From NCBI RefSeq assembly GCF_963921235.1, contig NC_086109.1, positions 30,196,001 to 30,260,000 of the forward strand: a DNA stretch of 64,000 bases. Direction: 5' to 3'. Below, piece after piece: positions 37,846 through 52,720 of the stretch (position 1 is the stretch's first letter; each line of letters starts with the position of its first letter). This stretch comes from Mobula hypostoma (lineage: Eukaryota). The notes below the pieces were generated by a model. The model had not been told where the DNA came from and searched no databases. It saw nothing but the letters and a program-made list of their open reading frames with translations. Made by a program: the position numbers and the translations under genes.

Positions 37846-39329
37846 CAGTACCATATCAATAGTTTCAACTTTGAAATTAATGTTAAAGGTAATGTTATTG
37901 TATTTGATCACTACATATTGCAACAAAAGTTAGATTGGCATATTCACTGAATTCCCAACAGTGTAATAAATCATCACTGATGCCAAATCCTCAGTATTCC
38001 AAATATTCCATTACAAGTATGTGACTGATACCTTCATAATTTAATTTTACAGGTGATTTTTGCCATAAGGAATTTTTAAGCAACCCAACACCTATTCTGT
38101 ATACCCAGGTGTAAAATCACACACAGCAGAGAGAGTTAAATGAAGGAGCCTCTGTGGAGGTAGTGCTTTAATGCTATACTAATTTTAAACACCACACACT
38201 GCTGACTGCTTTCTGAGATTTAGAGCCTATCCAAGTATCTGGGATGAAGACTAGACAAAGCTTAAAATGAAGCATTTGTGTGGTTTTCCCAAATCAATAA
38301 TATGGAAAGGGACACATGAAGTGTACATTATGTGATAGATAATAGGTCTGACATTTAATTTAAAGCTGTAATTTAGTACATTACAGTTTTTGATCAGTGC
38401 ATCAGCTTTCTCATTCTCATGTCTGGATATTTGCCATTGATCTTTTTATGCTATCTCACTTATGATAAAGCAACCCCAACATTTTGCCAAATAGCTAGAC
38501 TGAAGTTTGTAATAGTCATCATGTAAACTTTATTAAATAAAAAAGCTGCAGTATCTCACCACTCTGCCAGCCAATGTTATCTGCCATCATTTTATTCATC
38601 TTTCCCAAATGTTCCTAAATCTCATTTTTTTATTTACACATGCATACAATAGATTGTCAGATTGTAATTCTAGTTTAAAAGTTACAAAAGCTTATTCCCA
38701 GGCTTATTCCCCTACCTAACATTACGACATCCAATTTGTCACTTCTATGTGCAACAAATTTATTTCTTCCCAGGTTTGCCTTCCATTCCTGATTTTTCTC
38801 TCATATGCATGCATTCGTAAATTGGAGCCACTTGTCTGCCGTTTCTTGATTTAATTAATGTATTTAATGTCATTCCTTCACAACCTGACATCATTTTTTG
38901 TAAAGAAATGACAAAATTAAATACATTAATAAAATAACATTCTATGAAACGAGCAAGTGAGAACTTCAAGGGGGCACAAAGCGAAGATTTTACATATATA
39001 GGATCTGAAAAGTGGAGCACAAAGAATTTCCATAACATTTATAGACAAGAGGCTTTTTTGATCTATGGTTAATGTTTCAAGAAATCTAATAAATTATATT
39101 AGTATTATATTATACTGGAACAGAAAAGTGTTTTATTTCCCTTCATCTCAGAAACCTGAAACTGATAATAAATATTTCACAGTCCTGGTTAAGGTTCAGA
39201 GGAATAAATGACACCCAAGGTTTTTGTTGTTTGATACCATCATGAAATTATCTTTCAGACTTATCAGTCAGAGCTGAGTATTAATAGATGCAACTTATAC
39301 ATTGTATGTTATTCATAGGGGTGGAAACT

Positions 39330-42220
39330 TTCGAAAATCACTAATTGAAGCTGAGGGTCTTCAGGATCCCTATGCCCACCATCCTGCTAGCTAATGTGCA
39401 AGCCATAGAGAACAAGGTGGATGATCTTAAAGGGAGAATCTCCTACTGCAGGGAGATGCAGAACTGCTGTGTATTCTGTTTCACCGAGACCTGGCTCTCC
39501 CCTGCCAACCCCGACTGTGCCATCCGACCGGAGGGATTTTTGATCCATCAGATGGACCGCACAGCGTCTTCGGGCAAGACGAGGGGAGGTGGTGTCTGCC
39601 TACTGATCAACACTGCGTGGTGCTGGGACACAATGGCACTGACGAGCTCCTGCAACCAGGACCTGGAACACGTGTTGGTGAAGTGTCGTCCCTACTATCT
39701 GCCACAGGAATTCACCTCGGTCATACTGACAACGGTCTACATTCCCCCCCCAGGCGGATGTAGAGTGTGCTCTGAACATACTGTATGCCAATATCAGTGA
39801 ACTTGAGACCAGGTATCCGGAGGTTTTGCTCATTACAGCCGGGGACTTTAACCAGGCCAACCTCAGAAAGGCGCTGCCAAAGTTATACCAACATGTCTCC
39901 TGCCCCACTAGAGGCCCGAATGTACTTGACCACTGCTACACAGCAGTCAAGGATGCCTACCGTTCTATCCCACGACCTCACTGCGGAAAATCAGACTATC
40001 AGGCCGTACTCCTCCTCCCGGAGGAACAAACAGAAACTGAAGCAGGAGGTCACAGTATCAAAAGTCGTGTCGCGTTGGACGGAGGAAATGGATGAGGTCC
40101 TCCATGACTGCTTTGAATCAGTGGACTGGTTAGTATTCAAGGACTCACAGCTAACCTCAATGAGTATGCCTCAGCTGTCACAGACTTTATTTGGAAATGC
40201 ATGGAGAACTGTGTGTCTCGCAAGACGATCCGGGTATTCCCTAACCGGAAACCTTGGATGAATTATGAGGTCAAGTCCCTTTTAAAGGCTAGAGCTGCGG
40301 CTTTTAGGTCCGGGGATACCAGTCGCTACATGGAATCCAGGCGTGAACTCCGGAAAGCCATTAAGGGTGCCAAGAGGCAATATCGAGCCAAGTTGGAAGC
40401 CCAGGCTAGCCAGAGGGATGCCAGTAGACTATGGCAGGGTCTAAATGAGATCACTGGGCGCAAAGAAAAGGCTGAGAATATCAATAACTGTGGCGCTTCT
40501 CTTCCTGACGATCTTAACGTATTCTACGCAAGATTCGAACAGAAGAGGAGCTCCCTCCGGATGAACCGGACCTGGTGACATTGAGATTCATCGTCACCGA
40601 GGAGGATGTTAGTAGGGCCTTCCTGTCGATAAATCCAGGGAAGGCAACGGGCCCAGATGGCATCCCGGGACAGGTTCTCTGGGCCTGTGCAAGCGAGCTA
40701 GCTGGAGTGTTTGCTGACATCTTCAACTGCTCCTTGCTTCAGTCTTAGATCCCCTCGTGTTTTAAGAAGGCGACGATAATCCCAGTGCCGAAGAAGAGCA
40801 AGGTGGTATGCCTGAATGACTATCGACCTGTGGCTCTGACATCAATTGCTATGAAGTGCTTCGAGAGATTGGTTATGGCACACATCAACCACAACCTACC
40901 GGTCAACCTCGATGCTTTGCAATTCGCCTACCGGAGCAACAGGTCAATGGCAGATGCCATCTCTCTGGCCCTACATTCCTCCTTAGAACGCCTGGAGAAT
41001 AAAGACGCATATGTAAGGCTCCTTTTCATTGACTACAGCTCTGCCTTTAATACCATCATTCCAAATAAACTGATTCCTAAGTTCCGGAACCTGGGCCTTA
41101 GCTCTCAGATCTGCAGCTGGATCTTCAACTTCCTCACAGACAGCACCCAGGCTGTAAGAATAGAGGACAAGCTCTCCTCTACAATCACTCTGAGCACCGG
41201 TGCCCCACAAGGCTGTGTACTCAGCCCCCTGCTGTACTCACTGTACACCCATGATTGTGTAGCCAAGTTTCCATCGAACTCAATATATAAGTTTGCTGAT
41301 GACACCGCAATTGTAGGCCATATCTTGGGTAATGATGAGTTTGAGTACAGAGAGGAAATTAAGAACCTGGTGGCATGGTGCGAAGACAATAACCTATCCC
41401 TCAACGTCAGCAAGACGAAGGAATTGGTTGTTGATTTCAGAAGGAGTAGCAGACCGCACGACCCAATTTACATTGGTGGTGCGCAAGTGGAACAGGTCAA
41501 AAGCTTTAAGTTCCTCGGGGTCAATATCACAAATGACCTGACTTGGTCCAACCAAGCAGAGTTCACTGCCAAGAAGGCCCACCAGCGCCTTTACTTCCTG
41601 CAAAAACTAAAGAAATCTGGCCTGTCCCCTAAAACCCTCACTAATTTTTATAGATGCACCGTAGAAAGCATTCTTCTAGGGTGCATCACAACCTGGTATG
41701 GAAATTGTCCTGTCCAAGACCGAAAGAAGCTGCAGAAGATCGTGAACATGGTGCAGCACATCACACAACCCAATCTTTCGTCCTTGGACTCACTTTACAC
41801 CGCACGCTGTCAGAGCAGTGCTGCCAGGATAATCAAGGACACGACCCACCCAGCCAACACACTTTTCGTTCCTCTTCCCTCCAGGAGAAGGCTCAGGAGC
41901 TTGAAGACTTGTACGGCCAGATTTGGGAACAGCTTCTTTCCAACTGTGATAAGACTGCTGAACAGATCATGACCCGGATCTGGGCCGTACCCTCCAAATA
42001 TCTGGACCTGCCTCTTGGCTTTTTTTGCACTACCTTAACTTTCCATTTTTCTATTTTCTATTTATGACTTATAATTTAAATTTTTATGTTTACTAATTTT
42101 TACTATTTTTAATATTTAATATTTGTAATCCAGGGAGCGGGAAGCGCAGAATCAAATATCACTGTGATGTTTGTACGTTCTAGTACCAATTGTTTGGCGA
42201 CAATAAAGTATAAGTATAAT
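39330..42220 (+). mobile_element. Near-complete but frameshifted Rex1/Babar LINE ORF (APE + RT) with 3'UTR
   Basis: PTILLANVQAIENK..FCFTETWL..GGGVCLLIN; ITAGDFNQA; GKSDY; a 395-aa RT ORF at 40785-41972 with [24 protein letters not shown] and YKFADD. Tail gacaataaagtataagtataa. Confidence 0.95.
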
Positions 42221-42469
42221 TGTTAACAAGATTTATAAGAAAAAACAGTATTTGAATCAACTATATTTCAAATTTTTACACGTTGATAATGCAAGACGTT
42301 ATGGGCTTAGATTGGTTAACATTGCGCTGTTCAGTGACAAGTATCAGGAACCAAGAAAAATTCAGATTCTGCTGAAATTCATTCTTGATATTTCTAAAGT
42401 TTTCTTTGTGAATTGTGCTGATCTTTATTAGGATCAATTTGAATGTGATCAGGAATATAAAGAAAAATT

Positions 42470-42845
42470 ACTAGAGGTACTCCACAGATCAGGCAGCATC
42501 TGAGTGAGAGAAAAAGTTAATATTTCAGGTTGCTGACCTTTCAGCTGAATCAGACATTAAAAATAGAGTATGTTTGAAGTTGCTGCAAAAAGCAGAGTGA
42601 ATGATTTCCACATTTTTTTCTCACTTGGTGTGCACCATATCACAGGCATGCCTGAGTTCTTTTGATCCTTTCCCCCTTTACTACAACTTGATATGTTCAA
42701 TTTCACTTTTTGTAGTCTGATGAAAGATCATCAACTTCAAATAATAACTTTTCCACCCTCCATAAGCAGGTACATAATCTGCTGACTATTTCCAATACAA
42801 TTTTTTTATATTTCAGATTTCCAACACCTGCAGATTTTTGTTCTT
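42470..42845. mobile_element. Ancient fold-back PLE end insertion
   Basis: Degenerate gatcaggcagcatctg..tttcaggttgctgacctttc on the left; tctgatgaaagatcatcaacttcaaa..tttccaacacctgcag on the right. Confidence 0.5.
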
Positions 42846-43071
42846 TGAAAGTATCAGATGTTATTAACGTGTTTGCTATTACGTAACCACAACAAAATCA
42901 GCCATTTAAAAACAAGTCTTATATGGGCCCTTTGCAGAATGTCCCCAAATTCAAAATTACAATAGCCCAGAATAACAATTTCTTATTTTTTAAGCTCTTG
43001 TTCATATTTTTAAGTTTTATTTGTTACAAAGATGGTTTAATCAAAGATAGTTATATTGAACCTCATTAGTA

Positions 43072-43868
43072 CAGTGGATTCCAGTTAACTGAGACATATC
43101 GGGACCAGTACACTTTGTCCTAACCAAGTGGCTGGCCCAATTAGCTGAACTTTAATGGAAAGTTAAAAAGGTATAACGAAAGACAAACTACCATTTAACT
43201 GATATCAAATTACATATTAAGTGAAATACAGAACAAAATAGAACACTACCAATAACATCGCAGTACTATAAAACTGTATATTAGTTCTTAATAGTTATCG
43301 ACAGTGGAATTCATCCAATGCATACTGTTGTGTTCTTTTGACTGGCTGAAAATGAACAAAATCAGCGTAGACACCGAGTGCAGATAGTGGACTGCCATCA
43401 TATAATGCTTTTGATGATTGCATCCTCCAAATCTTTATTTTCATTGTAATATTGAAGGTAATTGTTGATGCTTTCAAATTCTTCATAGTGCCTAACTTGT
43501 TGATGTAGTGAAATCATTTCATTTTCAGTCCTGGCTGTTTTGGGAATCTACAAACCTGAAGGTTTGAAACTGCAGTGAGCAAAACAGTTCAGTGAGTATC
43601 AGCGACAAAGATCACTGCTTTTTGAATACAAACATACCTTGCTGATGCTACTTAAAAACCGTTTGCTCTAAGCACGGTGTAGTGTCTATGGACGCACAGG
43701 TGCACATGACTGACATGAGGTGCAAACCATTCAGCACCTATCTCCTGCCCCAGTTAAGAGGCACTCTGTCCCAAATAAATAAACAGAATCCTGGCTATTC
43801 TCTTGTAGCTTTTGTTCTCTAACGGTTGTCCCAAGTAAGTAGCTGTCCCAATTAACCGGAATCCACAG
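43072..43868. mobile_element. Tigger/pogo-type MITE
   Basis: TA-cagtggattccagttaa ... ttaaccggaatccacag inverted ends, with repeated subterminal (tgt)cccaa(tta) motifs. The right TA is degenerate. Confidence 0.75.
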
Positions 43869-44329
43869 AATTATTTATGGTGTAGCTAGATGTCACAGTG
43901 CTCAGGAAAGATTTTCCTTTCTTAATAAACTGGCAAATATAATTGTCTTGTCTAGTTTTTGTTGTATATATAAAGCCGTGCTTTAATTGCTTTTCATAAT
44001 GAACTGTCGTGTTCTTGCAAAACTTAAAAGTCTGGCGTTTGCTGAGACAGTCTCTTGGGCCCGTTGTTTCAGAGATTAAGTGTAAACCTGATTTAGTACT
44101 GCTGAGCATTCTTAAAGGAATTAATAATTTCTTAAGCACTGTAATGAATTGCACATTCATTATAGAACTGACAATACTGCAAGTGATCATTGATTAATTT
44201 GATAGCATTAAATGCCAAAATGCTATTTGCAAATAATTTTGATCTATAATCACAAGAACGCAGTATCACCTACACCTTTATCCCAGTGTATTTGGAATTA
44301 TTTAATGACAGCAATAATTGCAATAGGAT

Positions 44330-44690
44330 ATAATGATCACCTCTAGTTCAATGTTTCAATCAAATCCTCTCTTACTCTTCTAAACACCAGCAGATGGAAG
44401 CCTTCCCAACCATTCCCTGTAAACCAAACCAATTATTACAAAATAATAGTTTAATAAACCTCTGAACTGTTCCCAAAGAATTAACATCCTTATTTAAGTA
44501 GGGAGACTAATACTGTTCACAGTATTTTGGACATGGTCTCGCAAATCCTCTATCTAACTAAAGAAAAAACTTTCCTACTTTTGCAATCAATTCCCTTAGC
44601 TATAAACAATATCTTTATGTTGGTTTTCTTTGTTACTTGCTGTACCTGCATTTTAGCCTTCATGAATCACATAGAAGGTACCCACTGGAT
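44330..44690 (-). mobile_element. Ancient CR1 fragment
   Basis: Resembles 8700-9000 (gggagactaatactgttcacagtattttggacatggtctc; ttacttgctgtacctgcat). Confidence 0.6.
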
Positions 44691-47219
44691 GTGAAAGTCA
44701 TTGATGATGAGACAGCATTCATTGTTTATATCCTTAATTGTTTCTGAACTGAAAAGATAACCAAGTATCAACCACAAGAGTGGGTCTGGTGTTCTGTAAT
44801 TATAACTTCTAATTTTTTTTGTAATAGACTCACTGTGATCTCAGCCTCCCCTCTGAAGCAAGGGTTAAGATTACAGTGGGTCTGTGTCAAAATAAATATA
44901 ATCTTTAATGTAACTTCTTTTGAAAGAAAAGTTGTCATCTTTTGAATGAAAATGTAATAATTAGTTCTTAAGCTTTTGGAAGAACAAATTCCAACTTCTT
45001 TGCACTTTTCCTTCAACGAGTCTTGGGAAATTTTATTAAGTGATTTAACATTAAAAACATGCAAAAAAAGGTGGTCTACTTTTAAGTTACCCTAAATCAA
45101 CCCAAACTTTTTGTAATTGTATGTATACAAATATGTTCATATAGTTCACTGGGTTGGAGGTAATTCATCAAGTGTTATTTTGTATTTAAGTGCACTCATT
45201 TATGCAATCCAGTCTTATGCCATTGATATTATTTTCCTTCACAAACAATATGTGTATATGTGTCTCACAAAGTAATAACATGTAATGCTCCTCTGTACAA
45301 AAATCCCGGTGAACTTTGTCTTTCCATTCTGGTAAACGATTGACCTCAATTGCAAACTAAGTGTTGTGTAATGGTCCATTTAACTCTATTCTGACTAATA
45401 TGCGAATATTTCAACCAATTCCTTCTCTTCCCTTTCTCCTTTATCTTAGAACCATTGATTATAAAGGGCAGGATTCCGAATGGACACTGACAAATACAGT
45501 TGAAGGAATCTTGCTATGTAATGTGGTCAGCAGCTTTGTAAGTTGCTTTGGGGTTGTGTTGAAGATGCTGCATCCAAGTAATCTGCTGTAGTTGCTAAAT
45601 TTAGCATAAAAGCATGAATGGTAATTATGCAGCCAACCACAACCAGCAGCAATCTGAGTTCAAAAGTTAGACCACTTTTAAAATGTTTTTTAAATTTTTA
45701 CGTATTACTCAATCTGTGCTGGGAATTGGAGAAAGATAGCAATTCTGATGGCTTCGGCTTCATTTCTTTTTTAGATCGTGTTTCATTTACAACTACATTT
45801 TTGCCTCCATAATAGCACAAATGATAATCCTGACCCACTCAAAAATCCTTTCTTTCATTGCCTAAATCCACAAAATGCCATTTCAATGGGTTTTCTGTTC
45901 AAATATGTTTCATACTGTGATTGCTTAAGTGGCTGCAATGTCTTAATTGTTCATTTGGGGTAAAAGTTCCTCATTCTTTAAGCCTTGAAAATACAGTGTT
46001 TCCAAAATCCATTACATAGAGTAATCATCACAACAACATTTCTTCCTCCTTTCCTTCATTTGTTCTTCAAAGCATGCTTCCTGCTCCCTTTTAGTAAATT
46101 AATGTTGTAAGTGTAATAAATTCCATTATAAAATAGTGAACTTAGCATAAAAGCCTCCCACTACCGTTATCCTGCATCGTCAGCTTTTACTGCTTCTAAC
46201 ACTACCTCATAATGGAATTTATTGCTTAATTAACATTTTCTACCACTTAATTGAAATTCAGTGTTGAAGCACTTCAAGTTCAAATAACATTCATGTATTT
46301 TTAGTTTCTCAGTTACAACGCCAGGGTTGGAATTATTTTCCTATTAACGAGCAAATAATTTCAACTCAAATTTTGAATGAGAGATATGTAGATGGAATTT
46401 ACTAAAGCCAGATAATGAATGGCACCTATCATTGAGTTCACTTGTCCTTGCTGTTTAATTTCCATGAGACTGCAATTGAAGTAACTATGTGCAGGAGATG
46501 TTCAGGGCATCTGAGATCTCTGGGGAAGCAATACTAATCAAATTGATGAAATGAGTCACAGTGTCAACTGGAAAGTATAATGAGAATTGTAAATTCAATG
46601 TCAGATCAGAGACTGAAAACAAAATAAAAAGAAAAGGATTATATAAAAAGTAGGAAGAGTAAGGTGGTGGACAGAAAAAGGAACTTCTTGTACATCTTTC
46701 AATCCATGAGACTGTATAATTGGTAAAGTTAATATATTTTGCTGAAGATTGTTTAATAATAATTACCATATTACATGGCAAATAAGAGTACCTTAGAACA
46801 AACTCTAACTCTATGATGCACTTTTTTATCTACTATCTAAGCACAAGATCTTCAGAGTAAAAATACAAAGTACTAGAAACATACATGGTATCAGGCAGCT
46901 TCTGTATAGAGCAACAGTCTTAACATTTCAAGTGTATGACCTTTCATGAGAATGGTCCTGACAAAGAATCATTGACCTGAAATATTAACTCTCTTCCTTT
47001 CATTTCATCAATTTTTTGACCTTCATTTACAAGAACTGGGCCTTTTTCAATTTATTTTGATTTGACAAGATTGGAAAAGTGATTTCTGCAAGATTTGCAA
47101 TAGCATCCCAAATAGCAACTTATGAGATCTTAGCATTTAGTCACTCATCTGCTCTTTGTAAGTACATTGTTCCTGATGCCTCCATCACCAACTCTACCTG
47201 CTATCAGCCAACTCTTCTC

Positions 47220-47779
47220 AGCAACACACATCAAAGTTACTGATGAACGCAGCAGGCCAGGCAGCATCTCTAGGAAGAGGTACAGTTGATGTTTCAGGCC
47301 GAGACCCTTCACCAGGACTAACTGAAAGAAGAGTTAGTAAGAGATTTGAAAGTGGGGGGGAGGGGGAGATCCAAAATGATAGGAGAAGACAGGAGGGGGA
47401 GGGATGGAGCCAAGAGCTGGACAGTGATTGGCAAAAGGGATATGAGAGGATCATGGGACAGGAGGCCCAGGGAGAAAGAAAAGGGAGGGGGGGGAAAACC
47501 CAGAGGATGGGCAAGGGGTATAGTGAGAGGGACAGAGGGAGAAAAAGGAGAGAGAGAGAGAGAAGGAATGTGTGTATATATAAATAAATAACGATGGGGT
47601 ACAAGGGGGAGGTGGGGCATTAGCGGAAGTTTGAGAAGTCAATGTTCATGCCATCAGGTTGGAGGCTACCCAGACGGAATATAAGGTGTTGTTCCTCCAA
47701 CCTGAGTGTGGCTTCATCTTTACAGTAGAGGAGGCCGTGGATAGACATATCAGAATGGGACGTGGAATTAAAATGTGTG
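47220..47779 (-). mobile_element. PLE 3' end (same subfamily as 25735 and 63115)
   Basis: Near-identical to 63150-63500. Extends into the end of the endonuclease ORF (ttggaggaacaacaccttatattccgtctgggtagcctccaacctgatggcatgaac on the minus strand). Confidence 0.9.
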
Positions 47780-47799
47780 AGTGTAGAGTTTATTTCATC

Positions 47800-49300
47800 A
47801 TACTTCCTAAGCGTAATTGGTAGAATGTTTTTAGGATTTTTGTAAAAGATTCATTTAGGAGATTCCTCAGACCTGATCTTGTAGTGCAGCTTTTTGTGTG
47901 GCTGAATGATTTATTCTTGATCTATAGTGACCAAACTCTCACTCCCACACAATGAGATTCTCCTACCTTCAGATCAGTGGTGTTCCTTGATTGAACACAG
48001 GGCCTGACACTTGTTTAACATGAATGTTACTTGACACTCAACAACCTTTGTTTGAAATCTTACTGCATGTAGTCATAGACTATCTCATTTTCAGAAAAGT
48101 TCCAAGTTGAATTGAACATTGTGCGAATTTCCTCCTTCTGACCATATATTGTCATCAATGAAGCAGATAAAGCTGATTGGGCTAGGAGTAATTCCCTCAG
48201 GAGCGCTGACAGAGTTTTGGGACTGAGACAATTGACCTCCAATGCCAACAACCATTTTCCTCTGTGCTAAATGTGACACCAGCCGCTGGAGTTTCTGCCT
48301 TTGATGTCTGTCGATTTCAGCTTAATCAGACATTCTGCATTCTGTCAAATGATTTATTGATATTGTAAGCAATAAATTTCACTAAAACTCAAGAATTCAA
48401 CTCTGAACCATGTTTTGAACAAGGCTGTTATGAAATTAAAGCAAGTGATCCTGGCAGAATGTCAACTGAGCACTTGGTTACTTACCACTGTGTTATTGGT
48501 AAGTAACTCTTGATAGCATTTTTGACAGCATCTCCCATCATTTTGCTGATAATTGAATGTATTGAGTGATGTAGTTAACCTGATTGAATTTGTCCTGGTT
48601 TATGGTGCAAGAGGCCTCCTTGGATGCTGTTTAATTAATTCGAATTTATTGGAACAACTTTTCCAAGACCGTGGCATCAGCACTGCAGCCAGGTGTTTGA
48701 TCTCCTCGCATTTGCTTAACCAGTTCCGCCAGTTACTTAATGTAATCTATTGAAGACTCTTTTCTTTAATGGTTGGGGTTTCAGAAGGAGGACGACATGG
48801 TTGTGATTGTTTCAGCACTCTCAGGCATTCTGACCCCTGCCATCACCAAAGATGAGAAATTTTCTGTGGCCTCCTCTACCTGTTAGCTGTTAAATTGATA
48901 ACTAGATGTGTCAGCACTGTAGACCTTTAATTTGATCCTTTGATTGTAAGAACATTTAGTTCTTATTGAATGTTTATTCTGCTGTTTAGCATGTGTGCAG
49001 TCCTCTTTTTATGTTCTGTTCACTTGGCACCTCGTATTTAGGTATAATTAGTGCTAATGTCAACATGCCCTACCATATTTTCAATTGAATCAGAATTGAT
49101 ACTCTTGCTTGAGAAGTGTAGTGAGGGATATATCTGTCTATGAGATTAAAGGTTATGTGAGGCAGTTCCGCTGATGGTCAACAGTATCCGGTGGATATTC
49201 ACGTTAGAGCAAGACGTGTTCTGAGCTAATGGTATTTAGCACAATATTAGTGCTACTTAAAACTAATATTGTTAGAAGTTGGGACTTTACCACAGCAAAA
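47800..49300 (-). mobile_element. Ancient CR1/L2-group LINE RT remnant
   Basis: Heavily decayed. ORF 48091-48279 reads VVGIGGQLSQSQNSVSAPEGITPSPISFICFIDD, resembling the GVPQGS.LGP..F..FIND segment. Boundaries are approximate. Confidence 0.45.
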
Positions 49301-50275
49301 GCAGTCCTGTTCCTATTGGTTATACACTGCTTGAATGAGCAGCTGCAATATAGGCACATGAAATTAATTAATTAATTCACATTTCTGCTGGGCACTTGGA
49401 CTGCATAGCAAGAATATACCATTTGAACTACTTACAAAAGAGTCAATTGTATTTTACTTATTTGACAATGTTGAAAATTCTGATTTGATTTAATTTTAAT
49501 TGTGTAAACCAGTTGCAGGACAACTATAATTTGTGATTGGAAGTTTTGAACCTTTCACTAGATCTTCATTTTTAAGTCAATGAGAAATGTTACATGAGCT
49601 GCAATTATCTGGAGCTGGAAGCTTGAATAATGGTGATCAGTCACTTGTCCTTTGAAACCTGATAAATATGAATATCTAATGATAGCTGCATAGGAAGAAT
49701 AAGAACTTTTCTGTAATTAAAAGTTGTGTAATCTTTTACACAAAAATAGTAGCAGAAAAATAGTTCTAGACAGAATGACAGCCTATTTACTAATTACTGT
49801 TTATAATGGGGTAAACTTATTACCCTAGTTTGATGAAAATGCATACTGATAAGTGAACATCATTCGTATCTAAGCTATGCACAAACAGTTATTGTAGGTT
49901 GGTAATATGCCCTTGATACCCCAAGGATTGTGGATGTGGATATTTAAACTGAAAAAAATCACCATGTGTCAGGAAGCAATTCTGCATTTGTTGCAACATA
50001 TTTAGAGTGTGTGCAAATAGCCAACTTGGGAGAACCAGATTGCCAATTAACTTGTATTAGTTGTGCAATTTGAACTGATGATTATATCCTTTTACGGCAT
50101 CATTACACTTAAGAGTTTGATATTTTGGATTATAAAAAACATGCTGGTCAGGCAGCAAATGCAGAAAGAGAAACATAGTTAATGTGTGAGTTCCAAAGTC
50201 TTTATCAGAATTTGGAAAGAAGAGAAAATAAATAGAAATGTATTAAACTCGTGAAACCATTATTATGTATGAGGT

Positions 50276-51155
50276 AAACACAACAGATTCTGCAGATGCT
50301 GGAAATCCAGAGCAATGCACACAAAATGCTAGAGGAACAGCAAGTCAGACAGCATCTATGGAAATGAATAAACAGTTGACCTTTCGGGCCAAGACCCTTC
50401 ATCAGGACTTGAAAGCAAGAGGAGAGACACCAGGATAAAAAGCAGGGGGAGGGGGATGGAGGGCAACGCTATAAGCGATAGGTGAAGCCAGATGGGTGAG
50501 AAGGGTAAAGGGTTGGAGAAGAAATAATCTGAGAGGAGGAGAGAGTGGACCATGGGAGAAAGGAAAGAAGGAAGGGCACCAGGGGAGATGAGAAGTAAGA
50601 GCCAGAGTGGGGAATATTTTTGGTGAATGAAGTGGGGTGGTCAATGAAGCAGTCCTCCAAGATATGCCAGGTCTCACCAATGTAGAGGAGGTCACCAGGA
50701 GCACCGAATACAATAGACGATCCCAACAGATTCACAGGTGGAGTATTGCTTCACTGGGAAGGACTGCTTGGGGCCCTGAATGGAGGTGAATGGGCAGGTG
50801 TAGCATTTCTGTCACTTGCAGCGATATGTGCAAGGAGGGAGATTAGTGGGGAGGGATGAATGAACAAGGGGTTCTTGCAAGGAGGAGGAGGAGGTAAAGA
50901 TGTGGTTGGTGGTACTTGAAGATGGCGGAGGTTGTGGGGAATGATATGTTGGATGCAGAGGCTCATGGGTGGTAGGTAAAGTCGAGAAACTCTATTCCTG
51001 TTAAGGTGGTATGAAGATAGCGTGAACGTGGATGTCCAGGAAACGAAGAAGATGTGGATGAGGGCAGCATCAATGGTGGAGGAAGGAAAAACCTATTCTC
51101 TGAAGAAAGAGGACATACCTGATGTCCTGGAAAGGAAAGCCTCATCCTGGGAACA
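50276..51155 (-). mobile_element. PLE 3' part with GIY-YIG remnant
   Basis: QGPKQSFPVKQYSTCESVGIVYCIRCS / LLYIGETWHILEDCFIDH. pLTR end motif present, with a hammerhead-like motif at 50374-50409. Confidence 0.88.
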
Positions 51156-51397
51156 TAGACAAGAGCAAATCTGCAGATGCTGGAAATCCGAGCAATACAC
51201 ACAAAATGCTGGAGGAACTCAGCAGGCCAGGCAGCATATATTGAAAAAAGTATAATCAATGTTTCAGGCCGAAATCCTTCGGCAGGACAGGAGAAAAAGT
51301 GCTGAGAAGTAGATTTAAACGGTGGGGGTGGGGAGAGAGAAACACAAGGTGATAGGTGAAACCTGAATGGGGAGGAATGAAGTAAAAAGCTGGGAAG
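51156..51397 (-). mobile_element. PLE end of the second (CUGCCGA) subfamily
   Basis: Reverse complement of 33600-33750, including cctgccgaaggatttcggcctgaaac. Confidence 0.8.
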
Positions 51398-51599
51398 TAA
51401 ATTACCCAGTATCTACCAGGGATAGGGTTACCTCTTGAGATTAGAGACGGTGGGAGGAGCTGAAGGAGAAATTGTTGAGGGTGAGGATCAGTTCTGCCAG
51501 ATAGAGGAGGGTGGTGGTGGAGGGGTACTAGTTGTATGATGTGCCCAATGTATCAGACTGTGTCTGAAAGACTGAATTAGTATTACAGAAAGATAACTT

Positions 51600-52720
51600 T
51601 ATGGCTGACATGGCTGGTTCTGATACATTTGGGAAAAATGAGTTACCTGAAATCATGAAATTCAGAATTAAGATCTGAAGTGTGTAATGTGGAAGAGGAT
51701 GTGCTGTGGAAGACTCAGCTCTGTTGGAGTATTACAGAAGGCCACTGGCAACGCTGGATGGAGCATTAAAGTGGCAGGCAGCAGAAATTCAGGATCACTG
51801 TTGTGGACTAAATAGTGGTGTTCTATAAAGTAGTCCCAATTCAATGGCTCCTCATTGCAGAGGAGACCATTTTGGAAATTCTGAATGGTGTACAGTAGAC
51901 TGGAAGAAGTGAAAGGAAATCTATTTTTCACCTGGAGAAACTACTTGAGTCCTTCAGTGGTGTGAAGGGTCAAAGTGAAAGAACAGTTACTCTATTTTAT
52001 GGGGTTGCTGAGAACATGACATAAAAAGGGAGTCAGATGGTGTAAACCAGGGAGTCACAGGGGTGAACATTCCCTTTTGTATCCCAAAGAGGACGAGAAG
52101 ATGTGACTGATGGTGGAAATGCATTGAAGATGGTAGAAAATGTAAAGATTGATCTATTGAATACAAAAGATTGTCATGATGAAAGCTGAGGCACAGAGGT
52201 GCATTCAAGGGTTCTGCCAACTTTGGTAGAGAAGAAGCCCCTGTTAAGAGACAAAAATGAAGTCTCATCGGAGCAAATATTGCAAAGGGGGAGAAACTGG
52301 AAAAATCCAAGAGTCCTTATAGGAGGCAGGATGGGAGGAAAAATGGTGGAGATACCTGTGAGAATATGCAAGATATAGATATGAGCCACTAATTTATTCC
52401 CTGCAGTGGATATGGGCAATCCAGAAAGGGAAGGTAAGAGTCAGAGTTTGACCATCTTAAAGTGAAACCTATATACCAGAGAGAGAATTCAGGGATGGAA
52501 CCTGGGGATGGCTAAAATAAGGGACATTCCATATATCTCACTGAGAGAGCCCATGCTTCTGTTGTTTATATCCCTGAGCTGGAAAAACTGGTGAAGTTGA
52601 AACTGAAACCCACATAGTGCTGGAGGAACTCACAGGTCAAGCAGTATCTGTAAAGGGATGTTGACATTTCATAATTTCAGTAGAGACCTTCTGTATGGAC
52701 AAGAGTCTGTTCAATGTGAG
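51600..52720 (-). mobile_element. Older decayed PLE remnants
   Basis: Degenerate similarity to 23880-24470 on the opposite strand (GIY-YIG and RT-thumb region). A small fold-back end lies at 52610-52720. Confidence 0.5.

Noticed and set aside
34750..39300. Long AT-rich unique stretch examined for further exons or RNA genes
   Set aside because: Nothing recognisable beyond a decayed PLE end; the short ORFs look random.
40785..41972. 395-aa RT ORF as a possible active or domesticated gene
   Set aside because: The upstream APE region is broken by frameshifts; this is a decayed Rex1 copy.
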